Source of the DNA: Azolla caroliniana
Taxonomy: Eukaryota; Plantae; Polypodiophyta
DNA: 64,000 nt
Reading direction: 5' to 3'
Assembly: GCA_043228905.1 (NCBI GenBank)
Contig: JBHGNT010000009.1
Span: forward strand, 20,088,001 to 20,152,000
Part shown: in pieces, positions 35,000 to 48,800 of the stretch
How positions within the stretch are numbered: position 1 is the first letter of the stretch
How the letters are laid out: the number at the start of each line of letters is the position of its first letter
Position numbers and translations under genes: made by a program
Notes under the pieces: model-generated
The model's database searches: none
Seen by the model: only the letters and a program-made list of their open reading frames with translations
What the model was told of the DNA's origin: nothing

Positions 35000-36600
35000 A
35001 TAGATGACGAGGGAATGGGAAGAGATGAACATTGCACAATGCATGGTCAAAAGACTAGTTCATACTTCTGGATGATTTGAAGGGAAAAACGTTTAGAAAT
35101 GTTTTTAAATAGATACAACAATGAGATGCCTCAAGAAGGTGCGAACGATTCAACCAAATTAAAGTGCTTCACTTGAGTTAGTTCTACAGATAGATATTGT
35201 AAAGCTTCAACAAGCCCATACAACATGAGGTTCCTTTCAAACGGCATTGCTAAAAGAGTTCAAAGACGATTATGTGACTAGAGTGAGAGTGGCAATGAGT
35301 TTGACCAATGGGTAACATTATCGAAGAAATCCTACAAGTTTGTTATGGTGGCATTCTTTGATTTGAGAGCCATTTTGCACAACTTTCAGAGTGAGATAAA
35401 ATATTGGTGGGGGTGAATAAAGTGCTAATGTTCTTGAAGTCTTTCAACCATGACGAAAGGATAAGAATTGGAATTATTTTAATATCCATTTCTAGTAAAC
35501 TTATAGTTTGATATGAATTGCAAAATCTAATAGCATACTTCCCTTTCACGATGTTCAAACATCCTAGCATACTTCCTAAACACTTCCCTTCGATCCTTGC
35601 CAAATCTAATAGTATGAAGCATTGTACTTAACTTTTCCATTGCGGGTGAGATAACCTCTAATGTTGACTTGATGTCCAACTGAAACGTATGCACCATACA
35701 CCTTAACATATGTGAGGGAGTCAAAATTGCCATACCATGTTCGTTTTGTAACAGCATACTCAACTCCTTTGCAACCATTTGTGCATTAGTAGCTCCATCA
35801 AAAATTGTAGCTACTAATCCACTAGAAATATCAAAAGATCAAACTCGACGATAGACCACATGTGCACAATGTTTCCTTGATCCAACACCTAGAAATACAT
35901 GTGCAAAATCCAATAGTATTGACCTTGACCTTGTTGTCTCATGACATAAATAATGAAGTGCCACTGAGTGTAAGCCTTTTAGACTATTATTTGACCAACC
36001 GTCAAAAGTTACAAAAAATCTTGAATGACTTTTAGATAGTAAATCTATCACTTGATGGCACAACACCAGATATGTTTCTAAGATAGAGCATTTCATTGTT
36101 CATCTCGCTTTCACGTGATATCCAGCTACAAGTTGTTATATGAACTCCTTAAATTTAGATGATTCCACACGTGCATGGGCAATGTTCCCTTCACAATATA
36201 CTTCGTGATGGAATAGTCAATTTTCTTCTCTAAAGCACAAGATACTTTAATAGACTGAATAGGAAGATTGAATGGATTGTAAAATACTTTATTTTTGGTC
36301 TAGATCACATATGAAACAATGCTTTTCTACTAATTTTTCTTTTATAGTACCTATGATGTTGTAGAATACCAACAAACATGAAAATGTGTGCCATTATCCA
36401 TAAACAATATGATATGATCATTCGTCCATCATGTTCTTTGTCGTTTTCTTGATATGCTTGTTGGCACATGCCCAACATTAATTATAGAAGGTGAGTCCAT
36501 CGGTGCATAAGTTTGAGATGATGATTCCATTTAATGTTGATCCCATAAGAACAATATCACTTGTAATGAGCGTAGTAGAAGAAGGTCATAAATTCGTGTG
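35000..36600 (-). pseudogene. Highly degraded hAT transposase
   Basis: FFVTFDGWSN..SVALHY, TIFDGATNAQMV and HMLRCMVHTFQL (hAT D..W, D.A.N and CxxH motifs); boundaries approximate. Confidence 0.75.
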
Positions 36601-37271
36601 AAAATAACCTCATTATTAGAGCTACCTAATAAGAACGCACATGAACACCATTAGATGTTTATCAAACTAGGATTTAGCTAGCCATATGGCATAACACAAC
36701 CAAATTTCATTCATCATGCAACCATCATATCCATAGTTAAAACATGACATAATTTTCAATTTTGGTCATTTTGGCTTGGTTTCAACCACCATATCCATAG
36801 GATTTCCATGCAGAATTTGGTAGATCAAATGCAAAAACTAGAGAATATTTTTCACAATCATAGATGCTACGCATTCAACGATGTAATGTGTTTCTAAGAT
36901 TATTCCTATATATGGATTTTCAAAACAATGTTTGTGTAATTTTTAAAGTTGTACGGATTGACAAAATTCTTATGTGTTTCATGCTTGAGTCCAATTTTGA
37001 TGGGTTAGAATCTAAATTAAAATACCATATCAACAGATTTAGTAAAATATTGTCACAAATGTACATAGACACAGACAATGTTATTGTTAGACGTGAGAAA
37101 GGTAATGTGAGGTTGCATCTATGTTAAGTTGTTTGGTGAAATATAATGAAAAAATGTATTATTTTTCATGCCATCGTCACACTTTGAAAGATCAATAGTA
37201 AATACCACATCAACATAGACAATAAGATTGAGTCATAGCACATAGACATAACAATTGTCACTCATAGATAA

Positions 37272-37691
37272 TGTCACGGACACACCAAGCACGGACTAGG
37301 ACGGAGCACAGATGATGGGGCTACGGGCGACGGATGAACTTGGAGCTAGATGTGACGAGGCTAGGAACTCTAGATGTTGTGAGCGACATGAGACCATGAA
37401 GACAGAAATAAAGATCAAGGAGACAAAGATGAGGCGAAACGAGAATGCTAGATTGATGTGTCAATGACTGGTGTTGAATCCCCTTCAAAGGGACCAAGGA
37501 TGTTACAAGTATTTATACAATTTCCGAGATTAAATATCTCTAGAATATACTCGAGAATATACTCGTCAGAATATACCACAGAATAATTCTAGAATATTCT
37601 CGAATGTACTATACAATAGACTCTACAATATATACACATTCACAATCGAATGTGGACAGCTCACAAGAGTTTCCATATGGTTAACGTAACA
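37272..37691. mobile_element. LTR related to the arms of 27349-28552
   Basis: Starts TGTCACGGACACACCAAG, ends CGTAACA; no matching TSD. Confidence 0.7.
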
Positions 37692-37919
37692 CAATGTATT
37701 GTGTGTGTTAAAAGTCAAAGGTTTGAGTTTAGAATGTTCTTACGTCGCCTTCCCAAACGGGTTGTTGGCTTAAGGGGATACTGTTGATGAAAATCTTAGA
37801 CCACCTCCAAAGTATTTTGTAAATCCTAGACAAGGAGTAACCCTTCCAGAAGCCAAGGTATTGAACACCAACAAGCATGAGCAACCATGTACAGTCCTCA
37901 CAGGGAGCACGAAAACCAA

Positions 37920-38535
37920 CGGCATGTCGACCATGTCGGTCCTCGCCGAGAGACCATGTCGGTCCTCGCCGAGAGTTGGAACATAAACACCAACGGGCGT
38001 GATCGACCATGCGGCCCTCACCTAGCGACGCTCACCTAGAACTGGTACACGAACGAACGTGAGAGACCATGCGACCCTCATCAAGAACTGAATACGAACG
38101 GGTGTGAGCGACCATGTGACCCTCACCAAGAACTAGAACACGAATGGACGTGAGCGACCATGTGTGGCCCTCATCGGGAACTAGAACGTGAGCGACCATG
38201 TGCAGTCCTCATCGAAAACACAAACGAGCGTGAGCGACAACGCGGTCCTCACCGAGAACTAGAATACAAATGGACGTGAGCGATCTTGCGGCCCTCACCA
38301 AGAACTCAACACGAACGAACGTGAGCGACCATGCGGCCCTCCCCGAGAACTGAACATGAACAAGCATGAGTGACCATGTGGCCCTCACCAAGAACTGAAC
38401 ATGAACAGGCATAAGCAACCATGCGGCCCTCACCGAGAACTGGAACACGAACAAGCAGGAGCGACCATGTGGCCCTCACCGAGAATTGAACACGAACGGA
38501 TGTGAGTGACCATGCGGCCCTCATCGAGAACTTGA
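37920..38535. repeat. ~45-bp GC-rich minisatellite, ~13 copies
   Basis: GCGACCATG(C/T)GGCCCTCACC(G/A)AGAACT..AACACGAAC units. Confidence 0.9.
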
Positions 38536-38760
38536 ACTTGCTCCGCACCCTCTCCTGTGGTACCGTCGTCCCATCCCTCAGGCTCCACATGGGCCACGTT
38601 TGTCTCGTCCAAAAGGCCAACTAGCTTTGAATCTCCAGAATCCGTCTGCCTGCCGAATCTCTCCTCTTCCTCGATCTTCGCCTTCAGCGCCTCATACGCT
38701 TCTCGAACCAAGGCTTCGACGTCGAACTTCGTCAATCCATCTCGCTGCCCACCCACTTCC
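38536..38760 (-). pseudogene. Probable retroelement gag-tail remnant
   Basis: TKFDVEALVREAYEALKAKIEEEE is followed by tandem repeats, the same layout as 19700-21100. Confidence 0.35.
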
Positions 38761-40189
38761 TGATGTGATGGCGCGCACGCGCGTGTGTGTGTGTGTGTGT
38801 ACAATGGAATGATTGAGCATTTAGTGATGTTTAAATGTATGTGCATGTGTATGTGCACATATGTTTATATATGTGTGAAGTGCTTTATCAAGACCTGTGG
38901 GTGATTCAAGTATTAGGCCTAAACACTTCACATCATCTCCATCATAGAGCTCAATAAAAAGTTGGGAGCTCGTGAGTTGTTAGTTCTAGTGAACACCTTC
39001 AAAGATTGAAATCAAGCATTTACACAATTGTGAGCACACAAAGGTTGAAAGCTTGAGGGTTGAGCTCGAGTGCTCAAAACAATCACATACACTCAGCTTT
39101 AGGACTTGGCATATTCCCTTTGTGAATCGAGGTTGAGTGTTCAAACAATCATGAACACTCAAGGATTGAAAACTTGAGGGTCGTGTCTTCTAGGTATATT
39201 TGAGTGTTCACGCTCATTTCCCATCTTCCATGCACGACATACAGATTTTGTTCCCATACTCCCCTCTCCCTTTACATGTGAATGCCACCTGATTGGTGGG
39301 AGGCCGAGTTTTTGAGAACTCGGTCTGATAGGATCAACTTTCATCATTTGCACAATTTTCTTTGCTAGTAACTTTCCCATGAGACTCCAATTGGCCAGCT
39401 TGTAATTATGCCCTATTTCCTACAACATTCTTTACATGACTATAAATAAACAACGAAGTGCATTGCCTCCTACGAACTTACACAATTTTATATCTAGAAG
39501 AACTATGATTATCTTTGCATGCTCTCAAATCACATGAGACCTAATAGAAATTTTATCCAAATGAACATAACTTATTACAAGAAATTGCAAGAAAGCACAA
39601 TAATCCTAGAAGGTCTATTACAGATACAATTGAAGGGCTATTACTCAAACACACACGCGCACGCAAAAAAAGCTTAGAGACCTATGCACACATAAATATA
39701 CAGATATTTGTACGAAACTGCAAGACACACAAAGGTTCAATGGCAGACTGAATTAAACATTCCTAGGGAATTGACGTTTATATAATGGCCGTCATTTGAG
39801 GGGAATATCGTAAGTGATAACTCCAAAATCAAACCCATCTTCCCTAGTTCAAGTCCTTGGTGATCTAACTCACTTTTCAAAGTTTTGCAAGCTCACCAAT
39901 ATTTTGGTGTATGAGCAACATATCATCCACATACATGATGAGATAGACAGTGCCTCTTTAGAGCATAGACAATGGTCCTCGTCACTTTGAAAAACCTAAA
40001 CAATTGCATGAAATCAATATAATCCTAGGAGGTTTATTACAAGATGTTGGTAAGCAAGTAATCCAATTTATGTAACAACATAAACCTCAACAAGATCTAA
40101 ACGGTCCAATTTCTTCTTGGTGAGACTCCAGGCATCGATTTCCTATCATGTAAGAGTATGAGGTAATAGTTAGTCTCAAGATTGAACGG

Positions 40190-41435
40190 AGTCATTTAAC
40201 CATAGTTTAATAAATTGGTGGTTTGTTTGGCTCAATTCAAGCTTTAGTTTTATTAACCAAATTGACCTCAATTTGGTTCGACTTGAGCCCTACTTAACTA
40301 GCTCAAACCAAGTAAACTGGTTAAGTCATCATATTATTTTCAAGTGATAGAGACAGAAGAAAAAAGGTACGACATCCCTACATTGTCCCAAAAACTTAAA
40401 GAGAGAGAGAGGGAGAGATTCTATTATCGTCTTCGGAGGCCAAATGTGACCAATGACACCAAAACTATTACATTCCACATAATATATGTGAAAATGAGTA
40501 GCGATTCTCAATGTTCAAGAACTTTACCAATGAATGTTGCAATTGAGAGTGTGCACATTGTGGTTGTGAGAGAAATTCATGCAAGGATTGGGCTTGGTTC
40601 AAGATGCATGGAAAGCATAGTCGAATCTCTCAACACGTTTCCCCTTTAGATATCCCCAAAATTTAATACATGCATATGTCATTTCAAAAGAAAAACATTG
40701 AGCTAGAAAGGAATTAGTAACTGGTTTAGTCTAAACTGATTAAGTCTTAATTGGTTCACAGGTTGGTTTAGTTAAACCTTAACTAGCTAAACTAGTTAAG
40801 CCAAGACCAAACCGTTGTCAATTCTTATTCGAGAGGGCGATAATCAAATGCATGTGGGACCTTAGAATCTTGAGCAAGTTTATCATGGTATATGACATTG
40901 ATTAGGACAACCATAGGTTGGGGAATTGTCACATACCAAGTGGGACCTTAGAATGTTAGGCAAGCTCGTCATGGTACGCGACACATGATTACGATGACCA
41001 TAGATGAAATTGACGTGCAAATTTGGTTGTTAGGTTGTGTGAATACAACTTGAACGTAGTTATCCACCATTATGGTAAACATATCAATTAGGATAGCCAT
41101 AGATTGGGGAACTTTCACGTACCATGCGGGACCTCATAATGTCAAGCAAGCTCGTTGTGGTACGTGCGTGACACACTAGGAATCAACAACGGTTAGGTTT
41201 TGGCTTAACTGGTTTGGCCTTGTCCAAACCAAACTGGTTAAGCCTTAACCGGTTTGATAGTTTTATAACTTCAACCGCGGTTCCTAAACCAATTAACACA
41301 GAACCAGTTTGGCCAAACCGTTTAAGCGTTAACCGATTTGATAACCTATTTGGCCCTAATAAGTTCGGTTTGGCTTGAGCCTTGCCAAATAGAGCTCAAA
41401 CCAGTTAAGGAGGCGCCAGCCTAAATCGAGTCGAG
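40190..41435. mobile_element. Degenerate MITE/hAT-like remnants with GGTTT/AAACC motifs and internal direct repeats
   Basis: Clusters of TGGTT/AACCG motifs; GGGACCT(T/C)A(G/T)AAT repeated three times at 40855-41140; no clean TIR or TSD. Confidence 0.35.
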
Positions 41436-41556
41436 CCATTGCCGATCGGCAACTAGGATGGCCATAGGATTGACACGCAAAAATGGCTTACTGCTCTTGC
41501 GTGAAATATTTGAAGCTTGAACATAGTTGTCCGCCATCGTGTGAAACCGAATTTGG

Positions 41557-41565
41557 TTAGGGTTT
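41557..41565 (-). promoter_or_regulatory. Telo-box (AAACCCTAA) near the RPS19 transcription start
   Basis: TTAGGGTTT about 130 nt upstream of the ATG; typical of plant ribosomal-protein genes. Confidence 0.6.
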
Positions 41566-41692
41566 CGTCTCCATCACAGTATCAGGAATCTGAGCTCTTT
41601 CCTTGCTCCTCTCACATTTTCAGGGCTTTTTTGTTTTTTTCGTTTCTGCTTCCTGAGAAGGCCACGTCTCTGCGTTGCAGATCAGAGCAGCC

Positions 41693-43885
41693 ATGGCCAC
41701 TGCCAAAACTGTCAAGGACGTCTCGTCTCACGAGTTTGTTCGTGCTTATGCGGCCCATCTCAAGCGGTCTGGAAAGGTTGGTTTCTATCCACTTCGATGT
41801 TTTTTTCTCTCTTCTTCGTAATCTGGTTATATTATTTCGCGGGTTCATGTTTTCTTCCTTACGAGAAAGCGGATCTCATCACAGCTGATGTTGCTCCTAT
41901 ATTTATAAACTGTACGCTATTCTGAGATATTGTTACGTTTTTCCTCTTCTGAGATTCTCATTAACTAGATTTCATGAATTATATGTACATTTGACGCCAT
42001 TTTTAACCACAGGTAGTGCTATATGACCATACCTTTCCTATCCTCAAGATTATTATTTTTCACTGTAATTCGTTAAGTATTCTTGTCCAAGGTGCCGTAT
42101 TTGAACATGCTTAGGCCAGAAGATTGTTAATGTAGATATGCTCACGCTTTTTCTTTTCAAAATTTTATGTTCTCTTCCTTTGGAATTTCATCAATTAGCC
42201 GAAACAAATATCTTATCCACAAACTTCTTTATGCACGATAAATTGAAACATACATGCTTGTGATTATAAAATTCCTTTAAATAACGCAAGAATTTCCTCA
42301 AATATTCTCATCCAATATACTATCTTCCAACTTTGTTACATTAGTTTTCAATGTGCATTCTGCGCTGATATGGCTAGTTTTGCCTTTCCGGATTGTAATT
42401 TTTTAGGCAGTTGTTTATGTGGAACAATATTCCAGTCTGTTTACGAGTAAAGTTGACTAAGTCTAGCAATATAGATTCCTCTTCCCCAATATATCATATT
42501 GACTAAATCTAGCAATATTCCATATTTCTCCTTCTATAGCGACAAATATTCCCATCTTAGATATCATCCTTAAACTTGTTTGCCCTTCTGATATTTATAT
42601 TGATTGCTTACCATTTATATTTTTGTTGGTATGTTTTTTTACTCTTTGTCGGATATCACAGCCTCAAAGATTTAAAACTTTAGAAGTGTTTGAGGGATGA
42701 TCAGACGTTCATACTTTACAGTACATTCATTCTTTGATTATATGCATCAAAGATGCAATCCTCCCACCAGCTTTGACTTAAATTATCAAATCCATGCTGC
42801 TATATTACAGCTCTTTTCTGCTTGTGATGTCGTTGTTGATGGAATGTTTTTATAAATTGAGAATTTGAAATGTTCATACGTGTGAGATATGGTCATGTTT
42901 CTCTTCTTGGAACACTGCTTTTCTAACTGGAACTCAGTTACTTGCATTTGAGGCGTATTTGTCATCTTTCAATATGTTTATGTGTGCGTGCTTCTATTAT
43001 TATATCTTATTATTGGTGTTCCGGTTTTAGATCGAAGTTCCATCATGGACTGACATTGTCAAGACTGCCACTTTCAAGGAACTTGCTCCCTATGATCCAG
43101 ATTGGTACTACATCAGAACAGGTGTGTAAAAGAGCTTGATTCTATGTTTATCTTTCTTTTCATATTTCCTTCATTTTAACTGAGTAACTTAGAAATACAG
43201 CTTCTATGGCGAGGAAGATATACCTTCGTGGTGGCATTGGAGTAGGAGCTTTTAGAAAAATCTATGGTGGCAGGAAAAGCAATGGCTCTAGGCCTTCTCA
43301 CTTCGGAAAGAGTAGTGGTTCAATTGCCCGTGATGTTCTCAAGCAACTTGAGAAGATTGACATTATTGAGAAGGATCCTAAAGGGTGAGTATTTCTAATG
43401 ATAGTAAGGGAAAATCTTCAAGTGCCTTTTATTTCTCCAGATAACTCTATGTTTTGTTATGTCATGATACACCATTGGTTAACCCTGAAAGAGGGATGAA
43501 GAATGCACTGGATGCCTAATTGCTCGAATAGCATTCTATTGAGAAAACCTCTAAACTTAGGAGATTTGGGAAAATATAGGGATATTTCAGGAAATAAAAA
43601 AAACTTGGGTATTTGTTTAATACTGAATAATAATACTCGGGAAATATTACTTCTCATTTAGTATTAAGGCTTATTTCATGGTCACTACAATTACAGGGAA
43701 CTGAAAAGAAAAACTGGGTATTTGTTTCAGTCTTACTGAGTAAATAACTCTTGGCAAAATTACTTCTCATTTAGTATTCAGGCTCAATTTATGGTCATTA
43801 CAATTACAGGGGAAGAAAGATAACATCTAATGGACAAAGAGATTTGGATCAAGTTGCTGGACGCATTGCAGTTCCAGCTGCATAA
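41693..43885 (+). CDS. RPS19: 40S ribosomal protein S19 (eS19), 144 aa; exons 41693-41776, 43031-43121, 43201-43384, 43810-43885
   Basis: [28 protein letters not shown]|[30 protein letters not shown]|[16 protein letters not shown]...DPKG|[19 protein letters not shown]; all introns GT-AG with consistent phase. Confidence 0.97.
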
Positions 43886-45169
43886 GCAGGTCATGTCGTT
43901 TGAAGGGGGCATTAATTTTTATAGAGTGATCACTTTAGGCTAATTGTTTCATTCCTAGATGCTAGAAGATGGCGTCTGAAGTTTTGTTATGTAGTGTCTG
44001 AATGTTGTATTCTTGACCATGCATGTGGTTATTCTACAATGTTCTATACTTGATCTTGTATGTGCGTAATTTACCATGTTTTTTGTGAAGTCTACGAATG
44101 GGCTATTTCAATCATATATTTGAGAAATGCATTTCAGTGTATTTATATAATGACTAGCTATTTGGTGGATATTAAGGTGAGCTTTTTATGTATGCTATGC
44201 GGCATCTATTTTGGATTAGAAAAGTCTTATATTTTATATGTTATCTCAATATTATTTGCTAGACATTGTTTATGAAATGCTTTATACTTTAAATTTGCAA
44301 AAAATTAGTATAACTCTCGAGGATCAGTACACCTTCAATGAAGACATTTTATTGATTGAGATAAATGTTACTCTTTTTTATTCTAAATGGGGTTAGAATC
44401 TGAACACACATTAAAGGCGAGCATAATATACCAGAAGAGCTTTATCATACAATTGTAAATTCCATCTTTTGGTGGAGAGTTAATTGATGTATGAGTTCAT
44501 CGAATTTGTTAGTATAAGTAAGGAAATTTTAATAGTTATACAGTTTTGTGAACTTAATACTTCCTTGGAACAGTGGCAGTATTATATTATATGTAGAGTG
44601 AGGGATCATAGATAAAAACATGGAGCGACTTCAAATTTTAAATTTTGAAACTGGAGTTCACAGAACCACAAGTACCATGCATTGTAAACCTGGCATCTAT
44701 GGCCCATGGGCGCTTAAACCACATGTCTCTCAGATATATGCTTGTAATATTTAAAACTTCCATATATTTCTGTAATGCCTCGATTTGGTTGTATGTATCA
44801 TTTGCCTAACTCGACCTCATTGGCAAATCTCCACACAAAACTATAGTTTGATGCATTGAGGTGATCTAGATGTATGATTTTCCTACACTCAAGTTAGTTG
44901 CTTTGTTGAATCAGAACCAACAATGTAGATTCTGGTTGAGGCCTTATAATTGTTTATTGCAAAGATGATGGAATTTATAAGAGTTTTAGAAACTAGTTAG
45001 AAGTGGCAAACCCATACATATTACAGTCACAAAGATGATAGAATTTCGAGTGTTTGAAACTAGTCAGAAGTGGCAGGCTCATACCTATTACATGGGCAGT
45101 ACATCTGAAGGGCGCATATTGCAAGAAACTTATTGATGAGCAAATAAGGTGAGACTTATTTCACTCCTA

Positions 45170-45452
45170 AGTTTTCCCACCGTCTTTTGCTTTGCCAACA
45201 TGGATTCATTTTCCATAGCAAGTACACAACCAACACCGTGTATACATAACAAGAAGGTTAATATCAATTCAGAGGAGCAAATCAATCATTACGTGTAATC
45301 TTAGTGCATGCTATTCTTCCCATCGTCTTTTGCTTTGCCAACATGGATTCATTTTCCATAGCAAGTACACAACCAACACCGTGTATACATAACAAGAAGG
45401 TTAATATCAATTCAGAGAGGAACAAATCAATCATTACGTGTAATCTTAGTTC
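45170..45452. repeat. ~143-bp near-identical tandem duplication downstream of the F-box gene
   Basis: TTCCCA(C/T)CGTCTTTTGCTTTGCCAACATGG...ACGTGTAATCTTAGT occurs twice. Confidence 0.9.
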
Positions 45453-45808
45453 ATGCTATACTTTGTGTATTGTATTATGGAATTATTTGAACCCCATTCA
45501 AGGAACTTAACTAGTGAAAATAAACCCATATCAAAACTTGTACAATGTAGTTTCAAGAAAGACATTCCTGTCCCATTTGCTGCTTTCATAGGTATGTATA
45601 TTGTATTGTATATTATGGTCCACATTCCATACTTTATACCATGATAGTCATCTTATGTGTGGTAGCCTCTCATTAACTTCTTGAACGTTCCATATCCACT
45701 AGAAAGTCCAAACTTGTGAGTGATTAGTTGGCCATAATCATGAGGGTTGGTTATTGTACCAAGATGGAAGGAGATACAACAACGATACCGTGGAATGACA
45801 TAAATTAG

Positions 45809-48800
45809 TCACGACTGAGCTAGTGCTTGTGTGATGCGAATGGCAATAATAGAATTCTGTCCCAGGGTTTTGGCTTTCATCGTGTAGAGTTTCACCACCA
45901 ATTTGGCTGATATTAATGAGTCAGTACCAAGCTTTAGAATCCATTAGAAAACAAGAGTATGTATTGCTGTAACCACCACGAAACAATTGTACTGTTTTAA
46001 AGTGTTCTTTACCTTCATTTTCTTGCCTCAAGTTAGTACTTGCTGCCACCGCAAATGTCTTACACGATGTTGAAGGGTGAAAAACCCCCGGAGGAAATGT
46101 CCATGACTTCAAATTCAGCAATTCTATAAGAGATATTGATAATAAGATTCATTATATAATATTTATTTATTTATTTATACAGATTAATAATATGATGTAT
46201 TAATAATAAGATTAATCATATGAACTCTTTCTGAAAATACACGGGTTTTTTTTATCACAATGCAGTGCATCTAGAGCCTTCACAAGAAACTCACTAAGAT
46301 TCGGTGAAATACACTTAAGCCTTGCCTACATTAAAAGCCACGAAACATGAAGAACTCCACTATAAGTTCCAGAGATATACACAAAAATACATCGAAAGCC
46401 TTCAAAAAGAACTCCCTTATAGATAGGGAAAAATACTTCAAACTCGCAGGCATTTTATATAAAACACAAAATGCATCCCGAGCCTTAGACGAATGCTTAT
46501 TTTCTATGCTATAACCAGACAGATCGATCAAATGCAAACGATTCATATAAAACCACAACGTCAAAGGAATTAAACTAAAATCAGAGTTCAAATACTTGCC
46601 CTTTGTACTCCTGCTTCTTACGTGCTTTGCATCAAGAATAGCAGCCATGGCTGAAGTGTCAGGAGATGGACAAACAACTTGCTCTTCTATTTCTTCGAAT
46701 TTCCAGTCTCCATTTATGTACTCTTCATGGAGGAAGAGTTCCCAATGGCGAGCGTCAAGCACTTGAACAGTCCCTATAAATAATATAAGGCAACATAATT
46801 TCATATAATGCCACGGTCAGTGATCTAGATCTTGTGAGTCAGCAATGTCTGAGGAAGGACATGGTAATTCTTTGATCTTTATATTGTTCATTGATGACAC
46901 ATCTATTGCTAACTGATCGAGCAACATGAAGCAATCAAGAGTTGTACTGTTCTGATCAAGCCGGGCGGATCTATTAATTAGGGAGGAATACTTTTTATAT
47001 ACTGGTAAGAAGAAGGGAGCAAAATGCATCACCATCGCATGTTGGCTGGGTACAAACTGAGCAACGCAGCAAGTGCATATCTGAATCACATCAAAGCGTG
47101 AACAGATCAATCAATACACTACGTTGAACTAAATAGAATCTTTTGCAAATTTGGAAAACCAATATCATTAGACAATATGTAGTAATGTCTTTTAATGCTG
47201 ACCTACAATCCAGGGCCCCTTTATTACATTAGACACTCTGGTTGTGCATGACTCTAGATTAGTACTTCTGCTTGAAGCAATAGCGGGTAATTGACTTGAA
47301 AGCAAAGCTTCACCGGATTCCATCCTAAAGGTCCCCACTCTGAGCCAATCTGCAGGAGATTATATAGGTTAATATGTTATAACTAGTGGTGAGTTTATAC
47401 CATTAGTTCCCTTATAAGAAGAATTCTCGGATAATGTCTGCAGAACTTCCTCTTCAGATCAAGGCAAAGCTGACATGGAAGAGATACTTGAAATATAATG
47501 CGATTTTATACCAATGTGTTCTTCTGAATTATGGAAGCTGTACGCATGCTTTGCACCTGCATATATAATTATAGCTTTAAGAAGGTTAGCATCACATTAT
47601 GAGATCATTATTAAACGGAGGATTAATCGTTGATCTTATTGGTGAAAACTTTTACAACAGTAGACATTAAAGTGTAGCACAAATTTAGCAGACCTTCAAG
47701 ATTAAAACATAAGCCAAGCTTTCCCTAATTTAGCAGGCAAAGTTCAAGGTAACCCAAGTTAAGTTAAACAAAGAATACCGTCTTAATTTTACATTGCTAA
47801 ACAAAAGTTTAGGAGTCTTTCAAGATCAAAAGTTCGGCAAGCAACGGTTTCTCTAAATTAGAAAGCTAATTTCGAAAATTCCATAGCTAGATTAAACAAT
47901 GCCACTACGTCTTAAACGCAGTTAACCATAACCTTACTAGCCACGATTAGCCAACTGATTTATCAGAATAAATTCAAGAGCATTGGTACGCTTCCCAAAT
48001 TTAGCAGGCATATTACTTCCTTATAAATAGAGAATCAATAATACGTCATAACTGCAAACTATTACTTACCAGTAACAGCGTCATAGAGGTTTCGCCATGG
48101 AAACTGAGGTTTTGCATCATAGTATGGAACTTTTAACTCGCGATGGCAAGCTATCATCCAGACACATCTTTCCATCACTAGACGATGAAATGCTCGATTC
48201 ACCAAAGAAAGGCGGATAAGAGAGCTTGGATTCAAGAAATCGAAGATGACGAACCACATATCTTCACAGAGACTGCGACATTGCAAAAAATGCCACCTTT
48301 TCAAGCAGCTAGTATATGTACTCAAATGGAATAAATACATCGAAGTACATCAATGAGCTATATTATCAGAAGCTAATCATATGAGCTTATTCTTTTTAGG
48401 TAACATCTAACGCAGATAATGGCAGGAAATATGAAATAAAGCAGATATTTTTACACATATAGACGTGTGCGTCAGTACGCGTCATTTATTATTAAATGGA
48501 CCATTTACGTGCGTTACATTATCACAATACATCGTAAGTTCGTTTTTTGTGATGTAACATGTAGTGCAGATAATGAAGAAATAAAATAAGCAAAATATGT
48601 CCTAGAGACTGGTGCAAGTCTGCTTCATTAAATGGATTATTTTCATGCACAATATATCAAGAGTAACTAAATACGTCACTCCCTTAGAGAAGGCATGCAA
48701 CATAACATCATTTTCTCAATGAATTTATCACTCAAGGAAACCAGTATATTCAGAGAGAGTGTTGTGTGTAATTGCTTAAGTTAATGAGCATTTCAAGCAT

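Noticed and set aside
43460-43520. Possible intronic C/D snoRNA in RPS19
   Set aside because: No proper RTGATGA box C or terminal box D with a stem.
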